Assembly: GCA_951406725.2 (NCBI GenBank)
Contig: OX597822.1
Span: 82,460,001-82,524,000 of the forward strand
DNA length: 64,000 nt
Reading direction: 5' to 3'
From: Octopus vulgaris
Lineage: Eukaryota
Part shown: positions 14,401-26,577 of the stretch, piece after piece
Layout: each line of letters begins with the position of its first letter
Numbering within the stretch: position 1 is the stretch's first letter
The notes under the pieces: generated by a model
Seen by the model: only the letters and a program-made list of their open reading frames with translations
Databases searched by the model: none
Told to the model about the DNA's origin: nothing
Position numbers and translations under genes: made by a program

Positions 14401-15059
14401 GAGAACAAATGATACAGTAGTAGGTTGTAGTTGTGGGAAACCTGGGTGAAGGAATATCCACTTCTATGGAATTTCTCACTGGTTTTATGGTCTAATTGCT
14501 TACTTATCTATTCAGCAGAGTGTGCTCTTTTTTTCTAGATACATAGAGGTCGGTTGCTGGAATGTCTGGCTTATTTTTCAGTTTTATTGCTAACATTGAG
14601 AACAGCAATGAACAGAATGTGATCTATCTTGTGAAGTATATAAAGATATAGATATACAGATAGAGATATAGATACATATATATATGTTATATATATATAT
14701 AGTGAACATGCATGTATCAGTGGTTAGAGCATTGAGCTTACGATCGTGAGGTTGTTAGTTCGATTCCCGGACCAGGCTGTGTGTTGTGTTCTTGAGCAAG
14801 ACACTTTATTTCACATTGCTTCAGTTCACTCAGCTGGAGAAATTAGTTGCGATGTCTGGTTTGTGTTCCTTGGTCTAATTGTTATCAGCAAGAATGAGTG
14901 ACAAATGTTCTGACTTGTTCTATTCTATACATAGAAAGGTGGATGAAGTTGAGAAAAGGGTCAAATTAGTGGAGAATACTAAGACTTGAGAAGTAGCTGA
15001 TGTAAAATAGATTGGTCGTGTGTGTGGACAGTACAAAAATGGGGCTTTTTTTTAAGTGA

Positions 15060-15505
15060 ATAGTACCGAGATCGGTCTGATATGTAGGCTGAATTGGATT
15101 TAGTCATAGAGGAGGACTAATCTGGGTCTGACCACATGACTGGGCTAAGTTAAGTTTAGACAACATGGAGGAAGATTAATGCATGACTGGTTATGTAGAT
15201 ACGTTAAGTGATTGTAGATAAAGTAATTGTGGTCGGTCATATTCTCCTGGGACCAGTCAACTGGACTGTACTGAGGTTGGTCATAAACATTGACTGTACT
15301 GGGGAATGTCATGTTGGTAAATTGGTTATATGGACACTAAATTCAGGTTAGTCAATTAAATGGATTGTACTGGGTGGGTGGGGATGGCCATTTAGGTGGA
15401 TTGTATTAAGATTGGGGATATTGGTGGACTAGACTGGGGCTGGTCCTGAAGATAGATTGATTGTACCAGGGGCTGGCCATGGTTGAGCACTGTGCTGGGT
15501 TTGTT
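15060..15505. repeat. Cryptic degenerate ~30-bp tandem repeat
   Basis: Recurring GGA(C/T)TGTACTGGGG(C/T)TGGTCAT-like motif. Confidence 0.55.
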
Positions 15506-16164
15506 ATTGGAGTTATGCTTGAATAAAAGTGAGGGGATAGTAAGGGAGAGATGTATATAAAGGTAATGAGAAAACTTTTGGGGACAGAAATGTGAGATAA
15601 AATAGACAAGGAGAGATGAGGAAGGCAAATCAGACATAAGGAGAGAAAGGAGAGTGTAAATGAAAGAGAGAGAAAGAAGTTACAAAAGGAGATAAAGAAG
15701 AGAATAAACAAGAAAGAGAGACAGAGAAGAGACATTGAAAAGAAAGGAAGAGCAAGAAAAAGACAGAGAGAGAGAGAGAGAGTAAAATAAAGGAAAAGTC
15801 ACAAAGAAAGTTGGTATGTGTGTATAAGTAGAAAAAAAATATTAAAACAAAAAACAGTAAAACAAAGAATGGCAACACTAAGAACAACACTAACACTGCC
15901 AAAATGTGAACTTGCAATAATCTAAAATGCAAAGCAGCAAAAAAAAAAAAAAGAAAAAAAAGAAAAAAAAGAAAACAACTTACACACAAAAAAGTGAACA
16001 TTAAAAAAAAAAGTATAGAGAAGAGACTAAGTGATATTATATTCCATGGTGGACGAATCACCGTTTTCTACATCGAGCTTAAAAGTTTTCCCAGGAATTT
16101 ATTGGTGCTACATCTCAGCATTTCTGTAAGTACTGTGGATTATTTCTTTAGATTAACTATTTTT

Positions 16165-16500
16165 TTGTGCTTCCATATCTATCTGAGCCTATCTTTTATT
16201 TTATTATTTTTTTTGCACCTTTATGTCAATTTGAGCTAAGTTTATCTAAGTTTTTGTTTCAATATTTATTTGAACCTCCTTTGTCCCTGTTTTGTACTTC
16301 AATATTTGTCTGGTTTTGGCTTCAACTCTTTCATGTTTCAATATCCATTTGAACCTACCTTGCTTAGTTATCTTCTCCTGCTTCAGTATCTATTTGATCC
16401 TAAGTTATTTATTTTTTCACTTCAACATCTACCTGAGCCAAGCTTAAAACTTTCTGGGCTTTGATATCCAACTGAGCTAAGCTTATCTATTTTTTCAATG
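16165..16500. repeat. Degenerate ~40-bp minisatellite, about 8 units
   Basis: A TTCAATATCTATTTGAGCC-like motif recurs near 16170, 16218, 16257, 16297, 16337, 16381, 16420 and 16459. Confidence 0.7.
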
Positions 16501-16711
16501 TTGTTATCAGGGCTTAACTTTTCTCTGTTTTTCTTTTAATTAAGAATCTTTATCTGTGAGCATTTTAAGTTTTTAAAAGAGTATAAAATACAGCAGAGCC
16601 ACCTTTAATATTTTTGTAGTTATTGCTTTCATTGTTGTTGTAGAAGTGGTTATTGTTGTTGCAATCCTTCTGTTGTTGTTGTTGTTTTTTTTATATAGTT
16701 ATATATTTTTT

Positions 16712-16802
16712 ATTAAAAAGCTGTACAAAAATGAAAGTTCACCAATGTCACTTGTTGAATGCATGAATAAACAGAACAAGCACAGGTTTTCTTTTTCTTC
16801 TG
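16712..16802 (+). terminator. Putative cleavage/polyadenylation site of an upstream + strand gene
   Basis: ATTAAA (16712), TGTA CFIm motif (16722), AATAAA (16766-16771), a CA about 12 nt later and a U-rich downstream element GGTTTTCTTTTTCTTCTG, in canonical order. Confidence 0.45.
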
Positions 16803-17350
16803 AATTCATTGCCTTATGTCCATATAAGGTATGTCTTGTTATGCTTATTGTACCACTGTTGTCTACCAGACAGCTTTTCCAGCAAATGAAAAGCTTCTGT
16901 GGCCAATCAGCTGGCTAGAAATATCAACTGAATCTTACTGTCTTAAATAAGGAAGGATATATTAGACAATGTCATCCACGATATACAAAAGGCTGTGATA
17001 ATCGTGGATTGTACATTTTTGGTTAGAATTTTTCTCACTCAGAATCAATCCAGGCATTTATTTATTTGCAAAAAATTTTGTATTCAGAATGACCTAATTT
17101 ATAAAATGAGACCCCACTGCCTCTATCTGTAGTTCAAAACGAGGTCATGAAGAATATTTTTAGAATATTTAAAAGCATAATTTATAAATTAAATGAGACA
17201 GCAAAAACGTAATTCTAGTAAACAAGGTTCGGAGGGAAAGGAATGGATTCTTTTTTTTTTTTTTGCAGTTGACTCTGTTTTGATTCCTTTGCAGAAAAAA
17301 TTAGGTTAAAAAACAATGACCTAATTTTTGTTTAGTGACTGTTAGTAGTA

Positions 17351-17383
<33 letters not shown>

Positions 17384-20314
17384 GATTTCCTGTATTATCC
17401 ACCGGAGCAATAGATAAGGGGCACAATACAAAGACAGACATAAAGTATGGGGATTTATATAGGATAGAATGAAAAGATAAAAAAATAATGAAAAATAAAT
17501 AATAAACTAATAGATATGTGTAAATACAATATGCAATACTAACAAAAGAAAAGAAGTATACTCTGTAAGGTGGTTGGTGTTAGGAAGGGTATCCAGCTGT
17601 AAAAATCATGCCAAAACAGACAGCACACTTTGGTGCAGTTTTCTTGCCTAGCCAGCCCTTTGTCAAGCCCATGATGATGATGATATACATCAATGAAGAC
17701 AAAATCAGTGATGTAATCATCCTGATAAAGGTAGACCACTTGGGCCAATCAAAGAACCCCACCATCCAAGATCTCCCTGAACACCACCAACAAGCACCCT
17801 CTTCAATTTTTGTTCTCCGACTCACATGTTTATACTCAGAGCAATGCGATCACCTCTTACCATTTTTATTGCTTTCACTCACCTTTCAATAAATTCACTT
17901 GAGGACAGCACCTCTCTCTCTCTCTCTCTCTCTCCACCCTCACTTTCCTTTCCAAGTGAAACTTTAAAAAGTTGTTAGGGTAGGGCAGCATTTAAACATA
18001 TTTTATGTGTTTCTGGTTGTTGTTGATGTTGTTTGTATGAATTGTTGTTGGTGGTAATGTTGTCATAGGGAACGCCAGTGTTGTTGATATTATTGTTTAT
18101 TGTTTATTATGATTGTTGCCATTTTTAAACTTGTTATTCAAGATGCTGCTCTTATTGATAATGATTTTTTTTAAACGTTGATTATGATAATGTTATTTGA
18201 TGAAATGAAATAATATTGTTAATGCTGGTGTTTAATTCTTGTTAAAAACACCGCTGGGCTAATTATTTTGATTTGTCATTTCTCTCAGAATATGTAAACT
18301 TTTCCTTGTCTATTGAGATTCAGGTATTTATTTTTTACAGAATTCAAAATGATGAAACCCCCGTGAAGGTGGTTCTCTTTATTTCCATGCTGAAGCTTCA
18401 GTAAGCTTCATCTACGAAAGACTGAGATAACAGTTATCATATCGAAATAACAAACATAAATCATTACATAATGAAATGATTAACATAAAGGATTAGCATA
18501 ATGACTGACGACCTACAATGCCCTTATTAACACCCCATCAACATCAACACCTAAAAAGAATTTCACCACTGGCTTAAATTTTCTTACATTTATGACTTTT
18601 GTCTGTGGGGGCTTAAGGACTGTCACATGCTCTTTTGCAAGGCTTCTGAGAAAGTCTAATAGGAAGAGGAGGAAGGAAATCACAAATGCAAGGTTACCCT
18701 CATATCGGGGACCTTACTGTATTTTTTTGGGTATAATGCAAGGAATCTAATGTAAAACATAAAACATCAAAACTGTGAGGTCGTATTATAGTTGTGATTG
18801 CACTGCACTCAAAAAAGTGGGTGTGCATGTGTGCGTATGTGTGTGTGTCTACACACACACACACACACACACACACAAATAGAACAGATAAGAGAAATGA
18901 GGAGAGAGAATAGATGTTTATTCCATTTGCTTACAGCTGTTTCATAATTTTGTTAGTTATATCATAGATATTACATCAACATTTGCATGTATATAAAATA
19001 TATGTACAAATATATATATATATATATATACGTAGACCCATATATACAAGTGTGGTGAAACCAGGGGCAGAGTCATTACAAGGGTGGATAGTTTGCTTTG
19101 AGACATTTGTTCTGTCTTTGCTTTGAGTTCAGATACAGCCATGGTTAACTTTGCCTTTCATCATTTTGGGGTTGATAAAATATTCTGCCTTTCTCTTTGT
19201 CTGTCTGTCTACCTCTCTCTTTCTGTTTACCTGTTTCCCTCTCTCGGGATGAAATCACCTGAAGTCAAAGCCCAAAGGGGAATGAGCTCTACATGTAAAA
19301 AAATACCCAAAACACTTCGTATGTCACAATCCTACATCTTCAACTCCATTAGTTGTTGTAGTTTCTATGCAAGAGAAGGACAAGTGACCACATAAGGATG
19401 CCCCTCATTGGCTCAGGAGTTTCCCTTGGTTTCACAAGAGTACGAACCACTTTCGTAAAGTTTACAGCACATTGTGTCAGTAGCTACAACATGCTAACCA
19501 CTGATGGCTTTGATTACGAGGAAGGTGGGAGTTGGCAGTTGTTAGATGTGCAACAACATGTTCCAGTGGCTGTTTTATCTATTCTTGAAGAATTTGTCAA
19601 TAATATTTCACAAACACTCACTTCAAGCTGACATAATTCAAACACAGAATTAGTTTAAACCACAAGTAGCTTGTGTTTATCAGTTGGTGTCAACACAAGC
19701 TGATAATAAATGTACACAAACAATTACCTGCCAATCATCTGGCCATATACATTTGACCTGCTTAGCAATTACACACACACACACACATGTATCAACAAAT
19801 ATATTTAGAAACATATACATATATATTTACAAATATACGTACATCTCTCACTTTATCTATCTTTCTCTCTCTCTTTCTATACATATATCATCATCATCAT
19901 CATCTTCATTTAACGTCTGCTTTCCATGCTGGTATGGGTGGACGGTTTAACAGCCGAAGACTGCACCAGGCTTTGTTGTCCGTTTTGGTATGGTTTTTAT
20001 GGCTGGGTGCCCTTCCTAACATCAACCACTCTGCATATACACATATAATCTTTTACTTGTGTCAGCCATAAGACTGCGACCATGCTGGGGCACAGCTTTG
20101 AGGAATATTTGTCCAATGAATTAAACCCACTTTTCAGTTTCCATCTACCAAATCCACTCACAAAGCTTTGGTGAATCCAAGGTGCCACGCAGTGGAACTG
20201 AACCCAGAACAATGAGATTGGGAAGCAAACTTCTTACAACATAAAGGAAAATAAAAATATTTATCAGAAAGACTAATATGCTTTTATAGAATTTGGTACA
20301 CCATAGCAAAAAGC

Positions 20315-20690
20315 TTTACAATAAACCCAACATCAACCTCGATTACTGACTTGAAATGAATAACCGTGTCAATCAGCTGATCTTTATTCATGCTGGCCAT
20401 AACAGCCCCAATAACAGACATCAATGGGTCCTTGGTATTGTCTCCCTCTCAAAAGTGCCTTAGTCATAGTAGTCTGTGGCATTTAAAACAGGAGATCTAC
20501 GAGGCTTAATTTTAGGGATAACGTGGTTATGAAACGGTTTGGCTGTCATTCACTCCTGAATCATGCAGGCTGTGTGAGAAGGAGTAGAGTCTTGCTGGGA
20601 CACCTTCCTACCAACCAACCTTCACAATTCAGGCCTTGGCAACCATCTTCCAAACTGATTCTAAGATCTTGCTGGAAAAGTTAAGGAGGA
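20315..20690 (-). pseudogene. Tc1/mariner superfamily (maT/DD37D-like) transposase remnant
   Basis: Minus strand: QQDSTPSHTACMIQE*MTAKPFHNHVIPKIKPRRSPVLNATDYYD*GTFERET..VMASMNKDQLI, matching QQD.AP.H...WPP.SPDLNP.DY.VW. Confidence 0.85.
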
Positions 20691-20960
20691 ATGACATGGC
20701 AATCATTGCTCACAATCATTTCAATCATCAACTTACAGATGTTACCATTTCGTATTATTTATTAACTATATAAATAGGAACATCGAAATCGAACAAAACA
20801 ATATACATCAATATGCAAGATAATTATACCATAAGAATAATACACATAAAATGGTCCTTACAGCTGTTTTGGCCTATAGATAAAAGTATCTCATTCTGCT
20901 TTATTGGATAACTGATATCCCATAGTGGGTTACCCTCATAACCCCAATCTTACTTTGTAC

Positions 20961-20993
<33 letters not shown>

Positions 20994-21467
20994 AATCATC
21001 GTTTAACATCTGCTTTCCGTGCTAGCACAGGTTTGATGGTTCGACCGGGGTCTGGGAAACCAGGAGGCTGCACCATGCTCCAGTCTGAGCTGCCAGTGTT
21101 TCTACAGCTGGATGCCCTTCCTAACGCCAACCACTCCGTGAGTGTAGTGGGTGCTTTTTATGTACCACTGGCACAGGTGCCAGGAGAGGCTGGTAGCAGC
21201 CACGATCGGATGGTGCATATATATATATATACATATATATAATAAATGATAAAAACAAAAAAATTGAATATATGAGAAACTTTATTGCTCACAACAACTG
21301 TTTTGATGCATCCCACATGGGTGGGATCTAATGATAACTGTATTAATACCATGGATGACGTCAGGTAGCCATAGGCAGTGAATATGTTTCATTGACTTCC
21401 TATAGGGAACATACCCAACACTTAAATCTTTACCTATATATATGTGTGTGTGTGGGTTTGTATATAC

Positions 21468-21546
<79 letters not shown>

Positions 21547-22080
21547 TGTGTGTGTGTTTCACCCCTCCCTGATACACACAGACACTGCAATCAGCCTTGA
21601 TCTCTTTGTCCTCTTGAAACCTAATCAAGTTACCAAGGCCTTATCTCTCTTTCTACAACCACTCAGGTCAACCAACCACTGCTTCATGTGCAACTACCAT
21701 TTTATGTCTGTTTCTCCATGCTAATATGGGTTAGATGAGTACATATTATTAGCATGCATGTACATGTATACATACAGATACATACATAAACATTCACACA
21801 CACACACACACATGCATAAATGCATAGAGACATATACATATAGATAAATAGACTATATATTTGTAGCTCTCCGTATGTCTGTCTTTCTCTCCCTACCTCT
21901 CTTTCTCTGTATACATACATACATATATGTATATATATATATATATATATATTTATATTTAATGTTCGTTTTAATAAAAACAGTCTTACATCAGTCTGAA
22001 GGACTACACCATACTTTTGCAGGGTGCAAATTTATTATTCCTTTACAAGAATAATGTGTATATATATGTGTGTGTGTGTG

Positions 22081-22161
<81 letters not shown>

Positions 22162-22270
22162 AGTGTGTTTATTTATTCCACAACATATTTCAAAAAATCT
22201 CTCTAATGCACACAAACATGCATTCACACAAGATCCCACACAAACATACACAAACACACACACAGACACA

Positions 22271-22337
<67 letters not shown>

Positions 22338-22702
22338 AAACACAAACACACATTTACACACAGACCAAACTCACACATATATATTACTTGGTAATTTTTA
22401 AGAAATACATTTATCATTCCCAGTGCCTGAAATATGATACAATCAAACAAAAAACAGCTGTAAACAACTGCTTTAAATGCAGGCTTGTATTCATTGTGCT
22501 TCATTATTATATACATGGTGACTGGAAAGCACCATGTCACGGTAACATGCGCGCATGGGCACCAGCACTGCATAAATAGGCAAATCCTGCCTCAGACAGG
22601 AAGCCAGACAATGCATGAGACTTTTGTTAACTAAACAAATAGATCTACATACTTTAAATCTGTCTTAAAGAACTGGGGTACTGAATTAGATATATATATA
22701 TA

Positions 22703-24094
22703 TCTATATATATATATGTATAAAACTGAGAATGTGTGTCTGTCTGTGTGTTTCCCTAAAACTTGAGAATTACACAACCAATTTCATTCAAATTTTTAAC
22801 TTTTTGCCTAGGGCGAGCCCACAGCAATATCATATCTTCTCCACTATGATACCCTAAAACTTGAGAACTACACACCCAATCTCATAAAAAATTTTACACA
22901 TGCTTTACTTAGGGTCCATGTAGTTTAATGGGCCAAAAAAATGTTGAACTTCTTGCCTAGGGCGAGCCCATAGCAATATCATATCTTCTCCGCTATTTCA
23001 GTATTACGTGTTAAAAGTGAAACAAAAACATTTCTCTATTTTATGTCAGATACTTTCACTTTAACAATAAAAATTAGAGATAATAATAACAATTGAATTA
23101 TATGTAGTAAGTAATAATTAAAATCAAACTAAAGTATAATATAACCGTAACATAACAAAAGTAAAAATAGCAATTGGTATAAAATTGCATCAATGACTTG
23201 AACTTGAATAAGTGGTTTCACATGAATGGGAATAAATTAAAAATAAAATTAGTGTGCAGAAATGGAATAGTCCAGATGGAAGTGTGCACATACCGTTTAC
23301 CACAGCTTTTACATTAGATTATCTGCTAATTAGCTAGCATTAAGTATCTATATGAAGTTTAGCTGTATGTAATGTCTGTTTTCTCGAACAGCCGCTTCTA
23401 CTGAGTACTGCTGTTGGTTTATTTCTTATACATAAAGGACTATAGCTTCAACTGCATACTTCTTTTTGATTCACCGTAAAATGGAAGAAATACAAACCTA
23501 TTTCGGATTGATCACTGACAAAGATGGTGAATCTAGGATAACACCACCAAACGAAATAAAAAATAAAATTAAAGAAAAGACTATTGTCTATAAAGTATAC
23601 AATGTAGAGAAAAAAAAGATTTGAACACTTGGAGGAAAGCACCGTCTTGGTGTGACTATGAAAGATATCAAGTATCTAACCAGAGGCGTTAAATTCGCCA
23701 CAATAGAAGCAAGGTTCGAGTCAACGGAGCGTGCATAGGAGTACTCGACTTGAACCTTGCAGAGTGGATATATTTTATTTTTACCTTTATATCTGGGACG
23801 TAGGACGTCCCGGATAAGAATTAAAAATGTCCCCCCAGAAGTAGAGGTAGGCTGGATTGTAGCCACACTTCTATACAAGAGGGAGGACATGATACAATTG
23901 ATCGAAATTGCAAAAGACGGGCCTACAATTCCAGTCTGTTATATATTTTGAGTATTGTAATCACTAGCGATATCAAGATATAACTTTGTATTTTGTATTT
24001 TATGTGTAGATATATATATAGATATACATGTAATATGTACACATATATACATGCAATAGCACTATGACCTGGCAACGCCGGGTCATAATGCTTG
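22703..24094 (+). mobile_element. Non-autonomous Helitron
   Basis: 5' end A|TCTATATA..AAAACTGAGAATGTGTGTCTGTCTG; 3' hairpin GCACTATGACCTGGC-AAC-GCCGGGTCATAATGC; terminus CTTG|T (CTAG-like); no TSD; internal duplication at 22754-22995. Confidence 0.7.
23580..23935 (+). pseudogene. L1/Tx1-like ORF1 (RRM-type) fragment inside the Helitron
   Basis: TIVYKVYNVEKK.. then MKDIKYLTRGVKFATIEARFESTERA*EYST*TLQSGYILFLPLYLGRRTSRIRIKNVPPEVEVGWIVATLL; the I.NVPPEV motif is typical of Tx1/L1 ORF1. Confidence 0.5.
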
Positions 24095-24163
24095 TACATA
24101 TATATATATACATGCATATATATGTGTGTATGTATATATATATACACACACACATATATATGC

Positions 24164-24200
<37 letters not shown>

Positions 24201-24353
24201 TTTATATATATAATATATATATATTCTATAATTATAATTATTGAATATTTGTATAATTTTACCTAAAAATGGTTATTTTAACATACCAAACTACTTGGTA
24301 AAATTATTAATTAATTGATTAATTAATTTTACCCTTTTATTATTATTATTATT

Positions 24354-24384
<31 letters not shown>

Positions 24385-24477
24385 ATCATTGTTTAATGTC
24401 TGCTTTCCATGTTGGTATATATATATGTATATATTAAATATTATATATATACCATCAACATTATCACCTGCAAAAAT

Positions 24478-24582
24478 TGAGGCAAAAAATAGTTGATAAA
24501 AAATATAGGCAAATCATTGTTGATAAAAATATAGCCAAAAGTATTTGAAAAACATACAGGCAAAAATAGTTGATATAAAATG
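24478..24582. repeat. ~27-bp tandem repeat, 4 units
   Basis: AGGCAAAAAATAGTTGATAAAAAATAT-like units. Confidence 0.75.
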
Positions 24583-24590
24583 CAATTGGT

Positions 24591-24807
24591 TTATCTCTTT
24601 AATATGCAGATTACTGTGTCAAATGTAATCCTTATTTATTCACAGTTTTGAATTAATCATGCATTATTTAGTAGCTATGAGATTTCAATGGTGTAATTGT
24701 ATGTTTTTAGAATGACATTATAGGATATGTGTGAGAGACCAGATCTGGTCAATTTGAACAGAAAACAGGTGGAAAAGATGTGGCCAGTTCAAATGCTAAA
24801 TGGTTAA
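24591..24807 (+). mobile_element. piggyBac-type MITE family 2 (degenerate)
   Basis: Homologous to 45672-45895; ends TGCTAAATGG|TTAA. Confidence 0.65.
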
Positions 24808-25419
24808 CCTCTCCCGTCTAAGATCTACCTTATTGGATAAAACCCTAAAATTTCACTATTCTGATAAAATTTTGAGACATCTGTTGTAATTATCCATTAC
24901 TCCCCAAACAATAAGCCTGTCCTCTTCCTTAATGGCATCTCAACTTTGGAGAATTCTTAATTCTTGAGATTATCTCCCCTTCTCACATGAACGTGGTCTT
25001 AATTGCCGTTTGGTAATTGTGACTCATCCTTTAGAAGTGGTAATAATTTCAATAAATGTAGAATTTATGTTGTATGATATTTGATATAACTGTATCTGGT
25101 GACCCCCTGGAATGTTAGGGGAGAGGTCTCTGCCGTGAGGTTCCGTGTGGTACAGCAGAACATAGGCATTGATACGTGACGTCCATTGTGATATCACTTC
25201 ATCTACGGATGATATATCACTCAGATAACGACCAAGTTGGTCATTACTCGTTCACGTGAATCCGATCCTACTAGTTAAGACATTCCAATAGTCTGATCGA
25301 TCAGGGTTAACATAATGCTAAACAATAACAGCAACGTAATCTGTAGTATTATATACCTACAAACTCACCTACCCACCTACCCCGTGTGTGTGTGTGTGTG
25401 TGTGTGTGTGAGTGAGTGA

Positions 25420-25486
<67 letters not shown>

Positions 25487-25509
25487 CGATTTCCACAGAC
25501 ATTAAGGGA

Positions 25510-25680
25510 AGCGGCCAAATCTCCCTCAAATCACACCCTAGCGTCGTAACAATGACACGTTGGTAAACATAGCCCTGGTTCACTACACATAGGGATTAGA
25601 TGGGATGGCCATTGCTGGAATGACCTTGGCAATGAGGTCTGCTTGATTATAACTGACCTGTGGTTAAACAATAACGACAC
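25510..25680 (+). mobile_element. Ancient (CAA)n-tailed retroposon family E (representative copy)
   Basis: GCCAAATCTCCCTCAAATCACACCCTA ... GGATGGCCATTGCTGGAATG ... CTGACCTG.GG.TAAACAA. Many decayed copies in both orientations (near 6100, 6300, 7330, 10320, 13675, 16900, 28900, 30950, 31240, 31905, 32720, 43560, 51870). Confidence 0.7.
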
Positions 25681-25944
25681 ATACATATTTTACAATCATT
25701 CGTATCAATGTGTATATGTGTAGGTAAACAAGCACATAGAAAAATACACGCATGCACATTTACGTTTGTATGCATGTGTGAGTCTGTGTGCATGTATGCA
25801 TGTAATATACATTAGTGCAAGTATATGTGTGTGTACGTAAATGTATGCGTTTAATGCCGATCTGTTTACTTTGGTGATTACGCCATGTTGTCATATAACA
25901 CATGATCTTATTAGTCATCATTCGACATAGAGCGTTATACCGAA

Positions 25945-26010
25945 GGCAGTGATTGGTTAAAGAGGGGGTAGCTCCGTCTACACGAAAGCAGCCGAATCTC
26001 CGCCCACTTT
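25945..26010. promoter_or_regulatory. Candidate promoter: inverted CCAAT box plus Sp/KLF GC box in a CpG-rich patch
   Basis: GTGATTGGTT (ATTGG at 25952-25956) and CTCCGCCCA (25998-26006) lie in CpG-dense unique sequence, about 430 bp upstream of ATG|GTAAGT. Confidence 0.45.
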
Positions 26011-26431
26011 TGTTATGTCTCATAACATGACAGCGACCACGTACACCAAAACCATAAACATAAAATTTACACACGAAAATACTGACACAATTGGTGTTGT
26101 TTTGATTTGTATTCGACAGACAAACAAAAATATTAGCTTTAATAATTGCTCTAATTTCGCCTGGATTATTTGATTTCTAATGTCAAAGTATTTATTAAAT
26201 TTTGTTCCTTTGTCCCGAGTTCAAATTTCGCCCTGGATTTCGTTTCGACCTTATTTAAATCTCCCAGACAGTTGTTAAATGCTTGTTAGCAGTCATATAT
26301 TGATATTACTAGAATTCCAAAGGATTTGATTATCTTTAGTGGATAGATAAACACACTAAATATCCCTTTTTTTTTCTCTTTTAATGTAACCTTAGTCACA
26401 CACACACATGCATCTATTTACATATTATAGA

Positions 26432-26434
26432 ATG
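26432..26434 (+). CDS. Candidate first coding exon 1a (initiator Met only)
   Basis: agaATG has A at -3 and is followed directly by a consensus donor GTAAGT (26435-26440); phase 0; lies downstream of the promoter motifs. Confidence 0.35.
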
Positions 26435-26542
26435 GTAAGTCTCTGTCCTACCATTCTATCAGTGTTGTATACATCGTCCGTTATTATCCCTTTTCGACAG
26501 AATGTTAAAAATCTGCCATGCTTTAAAGCACAAAGTCTTCCC

Positions 26543-26577
<35 letters not shown>

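Noticed and set aside
14417-14429. GTAGTAGGTTGTA, 13 nt identical to let-7
   Set aside because: The 5' seed (TGAGGTAG) is absent and there is no complementary star arm nearby.
18330-18406. Acceptor-like TTTTTTACAG and donor-like CA|GTAAGC; also an ATGA-hairpin resembling a SECIS
   Set aside because: The peptide is unrecognisable, it lies beyond the putative poly(A) site, and the SECIS GA quartet geometry is not met.
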